In this document: positions 43,761-51,690 of the stretch, piece after piece
How the letters are laid out: every line of letters starts with the position of its first letter
Numbering within the stretch: position 1 is the stretch's first letter
Virus record (IMG/VR): IMGVR_UViG_3300032258_000002
Location: 1 to 51,690 of that record
Origin: a virus
Taxonomy: Duplodnaviria; Caudoviricetes
Length of the DNA stretch: 51,690 nt
Direction: 5' to 3' (one strand)
Notes under the pieces: generated by a model
What the model saw: only the letters and a program-made list of their open reading frames with translations
Told to the model about the DNA's origin: nothing
The model's database searches: none
Position numbers and translations under genes: made by a program

Positions 43761-45556
43761 AGCTTGGCGATACTGAATTCATTTTCTACAATGTATCCTT
43801 TTCTTGGAGCAGAGTCTGCACCAAGCCAATCATCAATAATCTTGTCTGAATCAAAGTCAAGCATATCAATCATTTTTACAACACCATCAGTCTGAACAAT
43901 GTGTTTCAAATCTTCAACATCCCATGAACCCAGCCCTTTGTAGTACCTGCTAGTCTCACCCTTCTTGAGTTTAACTTCATCACCCAGATTATAGTGCCAT
44001 CCTGTAATCTTATCATTCTTGGTGATACCGATAACTGGAGTCTGCAACATTCCGATTGAACCTTTCAGCTCTGGGAAATATCTGTGGAAGAAACCAGTCA
44101 GCAATCCACGGATATGGAATCCATCTAAATCTTGGTCGGTTGCCTGAATGATGAACTCGTATCCTTCGTTTTGGATAATCTTGTACAGCTCAGAAAGTTC
44201 AGCATTCTGTGTCATTTTAGCCTGAGTAGCAGTGTATGAATTCAAAGGAACACCACGCAGTACATAGTACCCACATTCCTGACGTCCAAATACTGGAGAC
44301 AAACCACCGAAAGCCGAATCTCCCTCAACCAGCATTAGATATTTTTTCTTGCCAATTGATGGGTAGTACTTATCAGACTTAATCTTTTTAGTTACTTTCT
44401 GGAGTCCTTTGAGCTCCTGTCTACGCTTGAACTCTTCCTTGATTCTGTACACATCAATGATGGGGTCAATCATGGTTGGGTTCTTGAAGATTTTGTAAGC
44501 AATTTTATTGAAGTCAATCGCACCGAAGTACTCATTCAGCTCACCTACAGAGTTGGTAATCTTTTCTTTGCTCTGTGAATTGAATTTTGCATTTTTCAGA
44601 TTCTTCATAAAACAAATCACCATCAGTTTGTTTCGGATATCACCCGGCTTGATGGATTTGTATTTTTTCATAATACGTTCACGAAGGTGGTACACAACTG
44701 TGTTTGTGATAATGTCAATATGAGTTCCACCATCTGGAATCTTCAATCCGTTCACATAGCTGAACTGGCGGAAATCATCAGATTCATTAGGAAGAATTGC
44801 AAACTTATAGTTCTCTGTTTCGATAATCTCATAATCAGAACTGAACATCTGCACGTATTTCTTGAATGTGTTTGCACCAACCTTACGGCCATTGAACTTG
44901 AATGTGATATCTGGGAATGACATACTGAGATTGATTAAGCGCTGCCTGATAATGCTCATGTGTGTCTCATCAATCTTTTCAAGTCCGAACTTCTCAAGGT
45001 CAGGCCAAAACTTTACAGTTACACCTGACCGACCGGAACTTGGTGATTCTGCATCTGTGAAACTTTCTGCACAATTTTTAAAGGTGATTTGATATTTCTT
45101 TTTACCATCATCAGTACAACCGATGAACTTTTTGCTGAAGCAGTTAGTTGCAAAAGAACCAACACCGTTCATTCCCATCTGGGTACGGTTGCTATCATCA
45201 TCGAAGTTACTACCTGCTCGAGCATGACCCCAAGCTAGTTCTGGCAAATAGTGACCATCAGCATTCTTCTGAACAGGAATACCAGTTCCGTTATCAACAA
45301 CCTCAACCCACTTATCAGTCATTCTTACCGAGATAATATTGCAGCCTTTGAAATCAGTCTTGATTGCGACATCCACTGAGTTATCAAGAGGTTCGTTCAC
45401 AATTTTAATCAGACCTGGAACATATTCCACTTCCTTGTACTCAATTCCAGTTCCCTCTGAGATGTACTCAAAAGATTTGGTGCTGTTCACAGCTCCGATA
45501 TACATAGCAGGACGCTGGATGATGTGCTCTCGTTCGGTAAGTTTTCTAATTGGCAT
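43757..45556 (-). CDS. gp39: DNA topoisomerase II large subunit (gp39+gp60 fused, GyrB-like)
   Basis: EHIIQRPAMYIG, DNGTGIP, GMNGVG, VEGDSA, TDQDLDG, YYKGLGS. Confidence 0.95.
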   Translation of the reverse strand: MPIRKLTEREHIIQRPAMYIGAVNSTKSFEYISEGTGIEYKEVEYVPGLIKIVNEPLDNSVDVAIKTDFKGCNIISVRMTDKWVEVVDNGTGIPVQKNADGHYLPELAWGHARAGSNFDDDSNRTQMGMNGVGSFATNCFSKKFIGCTDDGKKKYQITFKNCAESFTDAESPSSGRSGVTVKFWPDLEKFGLEKIDETHMSIIRQRLINLSMSFPDITFKFNGRKVGANTFKKYVQMFSSDYEIIETENYKFAILPNESDDFRQFSYVNGLKIPDGGTHIDIITNTVVYHLRERIMKKYKSIKPGDIRNKLMVICFMKNLKNAKFNSQSKEKITNSVGELNEYFGAIDFNKIAYKIFKNPTMIDPIIDVYRIKEEFKRRQELKGLQKVTKKIKSDKYYPSIGKKKYLMLVEGDSAFGGLSPVFGRQECGYYVLRGVPLNSYTATQAKMTQNAELSELYKIIQNEGYEFIIQATDQDLDGFHIRGLLTGFFHRYFPELKGSIGMLQTPVIGITKNDKITGWHYNLGDEVKLKKGETSRYYKGLGSWDVEDLKHIVQTDGVVKMIDMLDFDSDKIIDDWLGADSAPRKGYIVENEFSIAKL

Positions 45557-45594
45557 TGTATCTCCTGATGTAATTTATACTATCACGCACGTGT

Positions 45595-46698
45595 TTAATA
45601 TTGATTGTGAATTAACCATGCACCCAGTCCAAGATTTATCAGAATCATCACGATGAATGAGATAATGATATGTGCAGGCGTTGGGTCAATAGTCAGGTAA
45701 TCAAATTCCGAGAAGTGCTTGCGCTGATAGTTCTGAAGAATTTCTGGCTCTAACCAAAGCAAGAGTTCCTCTAAGTTCATATCCTTTTCTCTGTATTCAT
45801 CCAGCTTGTTTCGGATATTGATTTTCACAATTTCTCTATCAGTCCATGAGAACACATGATTCCATTTTAGTTTCCCATCCTGTAGAGCATATGTGATAAC
45901 AATTTCATTCTTGTTTCCGCCCTTCCACAATGCTTCTTGCATTTCTCCTGATAGCTTAGAGCTGTCTTTATCAAATTCATAGATGAATACTCGGACCTGT
46001 TTCTTCGCACCTAGACGGGCATTCAAGTTATCAAGTTTCTTTAGTATTTTCTGTACATTTGTGCTTCTCTGGTACTTGTCGTGCACAGAATAGTACTGAT
46101 TCAATTTATACTCAGCCTTGTCCTCATCTGTAACTTCCAAGAAGTTGAACACAGAGGTTGCAGCTTGTACTCTATTCTCATAGGTGTGTTCAGCAACAAC
46201 AATATCAAGGTCATCATGAATCATTGGAACGTTCATGTAGTACATATCACCATCATTATTGTGATAATCTCGATGCAGGTCACGGAAAATTGGTTTTAGA
46301 TTATAATGAGACTGGATATAATTCCAGCGCCTCTTTGAAACTGTGTAATTGTGACCACCTGATGTGTTCAGCGTCCAGTACTCTGGGTGGTAATCAACAT
46401 CATATAAATGATCTGTACCGCAAGGATATGAGTTTCCATCTCCATCATCGCAATATGTTGTATGGATGCATGGAACTTCCTCATTCCAATCTTCGTAGTA
46501 ATTTGCTTTGGTTGTGTACTCAGTCCAGAATTCGGTATCTGTAGTCTGTGCCCATTCGGATGTTCCGATTGCGATAAAGCAGATAATGACGGACGCAGCA
46601 AGTGGGAGCAGAAGCTCCCACCACACCATGCGATGGTTCCACACGTAGTACAGTACCAGACATGAAATTACGGGGATTACCATCGTGAACCAAATCAT
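45595..46698 (-). CDS. Membrane protein with large extracytoplasmic domain (LemA partner)
   Basis: Start re-called at MIWFTMV; two N-terminal TMs, WKGGNKNE, C-terminal TM. Confidence 0.7.
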   Translation of the reverse strand: MIWFTMVIPVISCLVLYYVWNHRMVWWELLLPLAASVIICFIAIGTSEWAQTTDTEFWTEYTTKANYYEDWNEEVPCIHTTYCDDGDGNSYPCGTDHLYDVDYHPEYWTLNTSGGHNYTVSKRRWNYIQSHYNLKPIFRDLHRDYHNNDGDMYYMNVPMIHDDLDIVVAEHTYENRVQAATSVFNFLEVTDEDKAEYKLNQYYSVHDKYQRSTNVQKILKKLDNLNARLGAKKQVRVFIYEFDKDSSKLSGEMQEALWKGGNKNEIVITYALQDGKLKWNHVFSWTDREIVKINIRNKLDEYREKDMNLEELLLWLEPEILQNYQRKHFSEFDYLTIDPTPAHIIISFIVMILINLGLGAWLIHNQY

Positions 46699-46699
46699 C

Positions 46700-47239
46700 T
46701 TAAAATACCGAGATGTCGTCTTCGATACCGGACTCGAAGATCTTTTCAGTTTTGGTACTTGAGATAATTGCAATCTTCAGTTCAGTAACATCAGAATCCA
46801 TGAACCACCCAGAAGGAACCTTCATTCGGAGGTCATCATGCATTTTCTTGATATCAATAGATTTCTTCTGTTCTCGAGCATATTCGGCTCGGAGAGCTTC
46901 GATTGTTGTCATAAGCTGTTTGAACATACTTGCATCAAACTGTGGATTGGATTCCTTAATCCAGGACATTAGAGCCCCACCACGAGCATTGCCATAACGA
47001 CCAGCCATCATCTCGGAATAAACTTCCTTGAAGCCTTCCTTGTACTGTTCAGTGACACCAGCTTGCTGTTTAATCACCTTCCAGGTTTTATCGAAGATTG
47101 TTTTCTTCACATCTTCCTGAGCAACACTCTGGTTACGCAAGTCGATTTCTCGGTTGTCATAACTGATATTCATCAGCACCAGAACTCCCAAGACAGTTAG
47201 TGAAATTCCACCAACCAAAATTCGTGTTAAATCTTTCAT
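46700..47239 (-). CDS. LemA-like membrane-anchored helical protein
   Basis: Start re-called at MKDLTR; TM then SYDNRE, WIKESNP, LMTTIEALR, PSGWF. Confidence 0.7.
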   Translation of the reverse strand: MKDLTRILVGGISLTVLGVLVLMNISYDNREIDLRNQSVAQEDVKKTIFDKTWKVIKQQAGVTEQYKEGFKEVYSEMMAGRYGNARGGALMSWIKESNPQFDASMFKQLMTTIEALRAEYAREQKKSIDIKKMHDDLRMKVPSGWFMDSDVTELKIAIISSTKTEKIFESGIEDDISVF

Positions 47240-47273
47240 TCCTTTTTCTCCTTTTGTTTTATCCAACATGATT

Positions 47274-47302
47274 ATTCTATCATGAATTATCCGATCTGTC
47301 AA
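47274..47302 (-). promoter_or_regulatory. Sigma70-type early promoter
   Basis: TTGACA-17-TAGAAT. Confidence 0.85.
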
Positions 47303-47310
47303 CCATTTTG

Positions 47311-47709
47311 TTAGGACTCTTGCACATTATGTTCAATTAAGTTCTCATCAATGTAAGTTACTTTATATCCATCACAAATCGCAAGTGATTCTCCATCGGT
47401 GAAAATATCATACCCTGAGATATTTGAGATAATATCTGGATCATCTTCAAGGTCATGTTCTTCATATACTTCAGGAAACTGAACATTGATAAGTTCAGCT
47501 ACATCTACAGCATCGTCACAATATCCATCATATTGTACGCCAATTAGGGCTTTAACCAACCGAATGAATTTTTCAGTTTCCTCTTCAGAGGGGAAAAAGA
47601 AATCCTGGCAATCAAAGTGATCTGCATCTCCACTCATTCGGGAAACACCAACCTTAAAGTGCATTGGTGGATTTGTGTTGAGTTGTGGTGTATCTAAAAT
47701 CTTTAACAT
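47311..47709 (-). CDS. Acidic hypothetical protein
   Basis: MSGDADH motif; AGGAG RBS. Confidence 0.65.
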   Translation of the reverse strand: MLKILDTPQLNTNPPMHFKVGVSRMSGDADHFDCQDFFFPSEEETEKFIRLVKALIGVQYDGYCDDAVDVAELINVQFPEVYEEHDLEDDPDIISNISGYDIFTDGESLAICDGYKVTYIDENLIEHNVQES

Positions 47710-47721
47710 TTCGTTCTCCTT

Positions 47722-47892
47722 TTATCGGTCGCCGTCAATAGCACGGTCAACAATCTCTCGAATTATTTCCATTCCTTGGTATGGATCAAGTGCATAAAGC
47801 ATGCATGTTTCCTCAATGCGAATCAATGCATCCAGTCTCTTCTGGTGTCTCTTTTCTGCATCTGCTGCTGCTTTAAGTTCTAAACCAATCAT
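47722..47892 (-). CDS. Hypothetical 56-aa protein
   Basis: MIGLELKAAADAEKRHQKRLDAL...; fills a gap below the ORF-track cutoff. Confidence 0.55.
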   Translation of the reverse strand: MIGLELKAAADAEKRHQKRLDALIRIEETCMLYALDPYQGMEIIREIVDRAIDGDR

Positions 47893-47922
47893 CTCTTATT
47901 CCTTTACTGCTTTACTGTATTA

Positions 47923-48129
47923 TCAATAGTTATCATCACAACAGTTATTTACTCTTGAAGTGTCGTTCTTTGGTACAGCTATAGATTCATGTGCAATTGC
48001 ATTACCAACTATTCCCTTGATGTCAGCAATCATTGACACGATGGATTCATTACTGAGTTCTCCATATGCAACTTCAACCTGTAAATCATTCAGCTTTTCT
48101 TGTACATTTTTCAATGTTTCAATCATCAT
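47923..48129 (-). CDS. Hypothetical protein
   Basis: AGGAG RBS. Confidence 0.6.
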   Translation of the reverse strand: MMIETLKNVQEKLNDLQVEVAYGELSNESIVSMIADIKGIVGNAIAHESIAVPKNDTSRVNNCCDDNY

Positions 48130-48153
48130 CGCTCTCCTTCTCTTTCTGCATGG

Positions 48154-48354
48154 TTACTCCTGCCCTAAAGCATCTGAATCAAATGGGTGCAACTCGGAAT
48201 CAATGCTTCTGTAATCCAAGTTATCACGCGTCGCTAAGTGTGCGAACATTCCTCTAGGGTTATGTGTGTTATGGTATCTGTCCTTGTGTTTGTTACAGCA
48301 AAACTTCTTTCTGTTAGCATCAAGTTTCCTTCCGCATTGCAAACACTTCTTCAT
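48154..48354 (-). CDS. Small zinc-finger protein
   Basis: CLQCG...KFCCNKH. Confidence 0.65.
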   Translation of the reverse strand: MKKCLQCGRKLDANRKKFCCNKHKDRYHNTHNPRGMFAHLATRDNLDYRSIDSELHPFDSDALGQE

Positions 48355-48761
48355 CCTTCACCTTCCTTGTCATTCTCCTGTGGTGGTTCCTGTAGTGGCA
48401 TCCAGTGTGTAGGCTCAAATGCCCAACACCAATCCCATAGCATTTCGTTTTGGGTTACAACGCAATATCTCCATACCCCTCCTTCGCTATAGGCTCCTGC
48501 AAGGAAGTATGAGCCGTCTTTTGGCGCAGTATCAATCAGTTCCCACTTCGCATCCTTCTCTTTCTGCATGGCTGCTCCTGCTTGGAAGCCTGCATAATAG
48601 TCACTGTGAAACCTGAGATTCAGCGCATGGCGCAAGTCTCGCTTAAACTTCTCAAACGCCTCTCTAATGTTACTCATCCCTGCCTCCTTATCTTGGTATT
48701 CACACTCACAGACTCCGCAAGGTGAGCCGCATTGTACGCAGGCATCATCTATGTCACTCAT
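48351..48761 (-). CDS. DUF551-like protein (start at 48761 or 48677)
   Basis: WELIDTAPKDG...PTHWMPLQEPP. Confidence 0.7.
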   Translation of the reverse strand: MSDIDDACVQCGSPCGVCECEYQDKEAGMSNIREAFEKFKRDLRHALNLRFHSDYYAGFQAGAAMQKEKDAKWELIDTAPKDGSYFLAGAYSEGGVWRYCVVTQNEMLWDWCWAFEPTHWMPLQEPPQENDKEGEG

Positions 48762-48948
48762 CTTCACCCTCCCAAACAAACACGTCTTTCGAGTTATACT
48801 TTGCACAACCATGCTCAATGACAGACTTTTTAGATACCGTATAACGTGTCTCATCGGATGAACCGATGAGTGATGCCCCAGAAGCCATCCCTACACCAAA
48901 GATAAACAAAATAAGCAATATAGTAATCCCTATATCATCCTTCATCAC
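48754..48948 (-). CDS. TM-anchored small protein
   Basis: N-terminal TM, HGCAKYN. Confidence 0.6.
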   Translation of the reverse strand: MMKDDIGITILLILFIFGVGMASGASLIGSSDETRYTVSKKSVIEHGCAKYNSKDVFVWEGEDE

Positions 48949-49108
48949 TTCCCTCCATCGGCATGAACATAAGGCTAGTCATGCGCGTTTGCCCATCACC
49001 ATCAATGTGTAGATTATCTTCAAGCCATTTTTCCAAGGCGTAGGCTTCTAGTTCCGTAGTCGGCACAATTTCCATTACACCATCGCTTTTTATTCTTGCT
49101 TCAATCAT
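48935..49108 (-). CDS. Hypothetical protein
   Basis: Start re-called at MIEARIK (GGAGG); PTTELEAYALEKW. Confidence 0.6.
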   Translation of the reverse strand: MIEARIKSDGVMEIVPTTELEAYALEKWLEDNLHIDGDGQTRMTSLMFMPMEGSDEG

Positions 49109-49183
49109 CTTTACCTCCAAGTATCCTGTGCTATTACCACACTGCCTCTGTATAAAACAAACAGACAATGACCAGAATCGAAA

Positions 49184-49519
49184 TCAATCTTGATTCTCGC
49201 TCTCATTTTCCACCTCTTTGATTTTGCAGAGTGCATTATATGCAATGTTATCCAAATCATCAACTACACTCAAAGCCTCCATCGCAATCTGTAGCCTTGC
49301 TTCGGTGTTGTGTAGTGCAGTTTCACAAGAAGCTAATAGCGTCTTTTTATGGTCAAGAGCGATTTTGGTTAAGCCTAGTTGCTCATCTGCTACCTGTAGT
49401 GCTGTGGATAGGTCGTTGATTAAAGTATGTCTGCGATGCTCACCGTTAGTTGGTAACCTGCGCTTGCGGTTCCATAGGTCGTTCTCTTCTTCCACTCTCG
49501 CATTTAGTTCAGCTTTCAT
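49184..49519 (-). CDS. Coiled-coil hypothetical protein
   Basis: Start re-called at MKAELNAR. Confidence 0.6.
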   Translation of the reverse strand: MKAELNARVEEENDLWNRKRRLPTNGEHRRHTLINDLSTALQVADEQLGLTKIALDHKKTLLASCETALHNTEARLQIAMEALSVVDDLDNIAYNALCKIKEVENESENQD

Positions 49520-49664
49520 CTTTACACTCCGGAAAATCAAATACTATTTGAAACAATTGATCTGTATTTGTGCACTCAAATCGCTCATACAGCATATCAA
49601 AAAACCATTGTTGTCCTTGCAGGTGCTTGAGGTTATTAAGAAATGTTGTTTCTCTTTTGTTCAT
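49509..49664 (-). CDS. Hypothetical 51-aa protein
   Basis: MNKRETTFLNNLKHLQG...; ATGA-coupled, GGAGG RBS. Confidence 0.5.
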   Translation of the reverse strand: MNKRETTFLNNLKHLQGQQWFFDMLYERFECTNTDQLFQIVFDFPECKDES

Positions 49665-49828
49665 TCGAACTCCTCCATCCACTGAGTAACAATTTCAACA
49701 GATTCCCTGCGGGACACACCAAATACAGCTTGAACATATGCAGCAGCACCGAACATGTTTGTAGCTCCTGAGGCCCGAAGACCGTCAAGGTATGTTTTGT
49801 ACTTCTGTTCCAATTTTTCCTTTTCCAT
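49661..49828 (-). CDS. Conserved small phage protein
   Basis: YLDGLRASGATNMFGA motif; AGGAG RBS; not in ORF track. Confidence 0.7.
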   Translation of the reverse strand: MEKEKLEQKYKTYLDGLRASGATNMFGAAAYVQAVFGVSRRESVEIVTQWMEEFE

Positions 49829-49837
49829 TTTTTCTCC

Positions 49838-50311
49838 TTAAACCTCGAACAGCCACATCTGTTTTTCAACTGGGGCCTTACGGTCACCGATTACCTCACA
49901 GATTTTTGTAATCCGGTGGCAACGGCCGTCTGTCCAGTCAATCACTTCACCATCAATAATGGTAAGTGCATGAGATGCAGTGAAGCAGATATAGGTCTTG
50001 CCGTCTTTCCAGACGTTCTGCAACATTCTTACCTGTGATGGTGTAATTGTGTTAGGGCGATATTTTGGTGGGTAATTTTTCTGGATTGCAGAAATTGTAA
50101 TGTTCTTGGTTTTGAAACCCAGTGCCTTCAGAGCCGAGATGGTTTGATGAGGTTTTGCACCTTTGTGACGTTTACGACCTGCATCTGCCATGGCAGAGTG
50201 TGCCTCTGAATATGAATGGCCGGTGGCGGCCGAGACTGCTACGACTGTACAATCATTTTTTTCATTGTAAGATTTTCCAGCTGTGCGGATCTCTTTATAC
50301 ATTTCACTCAT
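49838..50311 (-). CDS. Early protein, possible cysteine-protease-like fold
   Basis: NDCTVVAV...HALTIIDGEVIDW. Confidence 0.6.
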   Translation of the reverse strand: MSEMYKEIRTAGKSYNEKNDCTVVAVSAATGHSYSEAHSAMADAGRKRHKGAKPHQTISALKALGFKTKNITISAIQKNYPPKYRPNTITPSQVRMLQNVWKDGKTYICFTASHALTIIDGEVIDWTDGRCHRITKICEVIGDRKAPVEKQMWLFEV

Positions 50312-50343
50312 CTCGTATCTCCTTTAACACCTTGTATAGGTAT

Positions 50344-50372
50344 ATTCTATCAGGAAATAACCGGGCTGTCAA
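50344..50372 (-). promoter_or_regulatory. Sigma70-type early promoter
   Basis: TTGACA-17-TAGAAT. Confidence 0.85.
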
Positions 50373-50394
50373 CCATTTTCTTGCATTTATTTGT

Positions 50395-51030
50395 TCAGAT
50401 ATCTCGAGTCATTAAGAAGTTATCTCCGTACTGGTTAATAACCTTATATCCAATGCTTTCGAGCATAGTGATTCCATTCACAGCTTTCTTTTTCTCTTTC
50501 TTGAGAACTTCGATGAAGATAACTGGGTTGTTGTTCTTCAAAATCTGAGTCATTCCACCAAGAGCCTGAACTTCATGCCCTTCAACATCCATTTTGATGA
50601 ATTTGATATCCTTATCTTTAATTAAAGAATCTAGTGGAGCAAGCGGTACTGTTTCGTGTTCTCCAGATTTAATCTTGAAGTTAAGTGATGCACGACCAGA
50701 GTTAAAATCGGTTAAACGAATTTCTCCTTCCCCAAGAGAATCAGAAGCAGCTGTTTGAAGAATAGTTGCATTTTTAACACCATGAACTTCAAAGTTCTTA
50801 TTGATACATTCTACGTGTTCAGCAACTGGCTCTACAATATAACACTTAGCAAAAAGCTCGTGTAACCTGAGAGTCCATAATCCAACGTTCCCGCCGATAT
50901 CCAGGAATGTTCCAGTACCGTCAGTTTCAAGCTGTGCAAGTACTTTTCTTGTTATGAGTTTCTCAAATCCCATTGTAAAATAGTCATCCGAACTTGGAAC
51001 CCAAAGAATTCCGTCTCTGCTTAGTTTCAT
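50395..51030 (-). CDS. FkbM-family SAM-dependent methyltransferase
   Basis: Start re-called at MKLSRDG (AGGAGG); LDIGGNVG, VEPV, IKMDVEGHE, PVIFIE. Confidence 0.9.
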   Translation of the reverse strand: MKLSRDGILWVPSSDDYFTMGFEKLITRKVLAQLETDGTGTFLDIGGNVGLWTLRLHELFAKCYIVEPVAEHVECINKNFEVHGVKNATILQTAASDSLGEGEIRLTDFNSGRASLNFKIKSGEHETVPLAPLDSLIKDKDIKFIKMDVEGHEVQALGGMTQILKNNNPVIFIEVLKKEKKKAVNGITMLESIGYKVINQYGDNFLMTRDI

Positions 51031-51050
51031 AAAGCCTCCTGTTAGGTATA

Positions 51051-51082
51051 ATTCTAACATGCACTTGGTTAAGATATAAATA
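51051..51082. promoter_or_regulatory. Class II promoter (minus) back-to-back with a late promoter (plus)
   Basis: TTAACC-N10-TAGAAT at 51051-51072 on minus; TATAAATA at 51075-51082 on plus. Confidence 0.7.
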
Positions 51083-51100
51083 AACACAACGAGGTATATA

Positions 51101-51690
51101 ATGGCATTTCATCATGGAACAATCCGTAAATACACTGCAGCTTTACTCGATTTCTTCAATAATCTTGAGGTTCAGTACGAGAATAGTGCAGCTGCAACAG
51201 TTGTAAGAAATATCCCATGCGTGTACACATCAAGAGAAAAATCTAGAATCCTAGACGATTATACACGTGATCAGTTCATAAGTGGTAACTTAAATGTTCT
51301 CCCAAGAGCTACAATAGCTCTTAGTACAATGGTTCGTTCAGAAGCACGTACTATGAATAAGAAAACCAAAATTAATACCAAGTCAAATCCTGATACTTTT
51401 GAGTACAGCTTTAATTCAGTTCCGTATGAATTCACATATGAATTAAGTATTATGTGCAGAGGAATGAATGAAGCAACACAAGTTATTGAGCAGGTAGCTC
51501 CTAAGTTTAATCCTGTTGTTAATATTGACATTTGGGATGCTGTGAACTTAAATGAACCAACTCGTGTTCCTGTACGACTTCTTGATATCGGTATCGAGCA
51601 GGAAGAATACGAGGAACTAAGTACAAATTTAGTTACTGTATCTATTGGTTTAAGCATTGGTGGTAATCTGTACCAGCCAATTCAAACATC
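51101..51690 (+). CDS. gp15: Tail sheath stabiliser / completion protein, truncated at window edge
   Basis: MAFHHGTIRKYTAALLDFFNNLEV...IPCVYTSREK...LPR...SVPYEFTYEL...QVIEQVAPKFNP. Confidence 0.85.
   Translation, partial: MAFHHGTIRKYTAALLDFFNNLEVQYENSAAATVVRNIPCVYTSREKSRILDDYTRDQFISGNLNVLPRATIALSTMVRSEARTMNKKTKINTKSNPDTFEYSFNSVPYEFTYELSIMCRGMNEATQVIEQVAPKFNPVVNIDIWDAVNLNEPTRVPVRLLDIGIEQEEYEELSTNLVTVSIGLSIGGNLYQPIQT

Noticed and set aside
43757-45556. Translational bypass, intron or intein in topoisomerase or other core genes
   Set aside because: gp39 and gp60 parts are one continuous ORF; no intein termini or homing endonuclease recognised in the window
49509-49540. FPE motif in the 51-aa ORF as a 23rd PEYFI member
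   Set aside because: Ends FPECKDES with no hydrophobic terminus; here CCGGAG is simply the next gene's RBS, which shows PE alone can arise from SD bias
509-51657. Many plus-strand and out-of-frame ORFs in the track (e.g. 509-787, 2766-3053, 6032-6382, 17604-18014, 26183-26554, 49218-49685, and 51271-51657 on minus)
   Set aside because: Shadow ORFs overlapping well-supported genes, with no RBS or recognisable motifs
1-51690. Stop-codon reassignment, tRNA genes, integrase or reverse transcriptase
   Set aside because: Core genes are full length in the standard code and all three stops are used; no cloverleaf, integrase or RT motif recognised by eye (a tRNAscan run would confirm)

Overview
A 51.7-kb piece of a large lytic T4-like (Tevenvirinae/Eucampyvirinae-type gene content) myophage genome, standard genetic code, mostly on the minus strand. 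Structural and packaging genes: two tandem tail-sheath paralogs, portal gp20, neck gp13/gp14, gp4, probable TerS, GroES-like co-chaperonin, a gp23/gp24-like capsid paralog and a partial gp15. Replication genes: DNA ligase, UvsW, an AEP/PrimPol-like plus UL9-like SF2 helicase fusion, Cas4-like nuclease, primase gp61, RNase H, SSB gp32, clamp gp45 and both topoisomerase II subunits. Also a ParM-like actin, a LemA-like/membrane protein pair and an FkbM methyltransferase. Two large families of small accessory genes share terminal tags. (1) 22 otherwise diverse ORFs at five loci end in an amphipathic helix plus (Y/F/H)-P-E-x-F-(I/V)-stop, 19 of them coupled to the next gene by an ATGA overlap and 11 carrying a 4-Cys cluster; this is the best candidate for an undescribed system. 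(2) About 12 late genes begin with a T4 internal-protein-like capsid-targeting sequence (MKFxDFLxE) and are candidate injected effectors. Three promoter classes are readable: TTGACA-N17-TAGAAT, TTAA(C/A)C-N10-TA(T/G)AAT and the late TATAAATA. Structured leaders precede gp18 and gp32, and one late promoter sits in an RBS-sequestering hairpin. All family calls come from motif recognition by eye; no searches were run.
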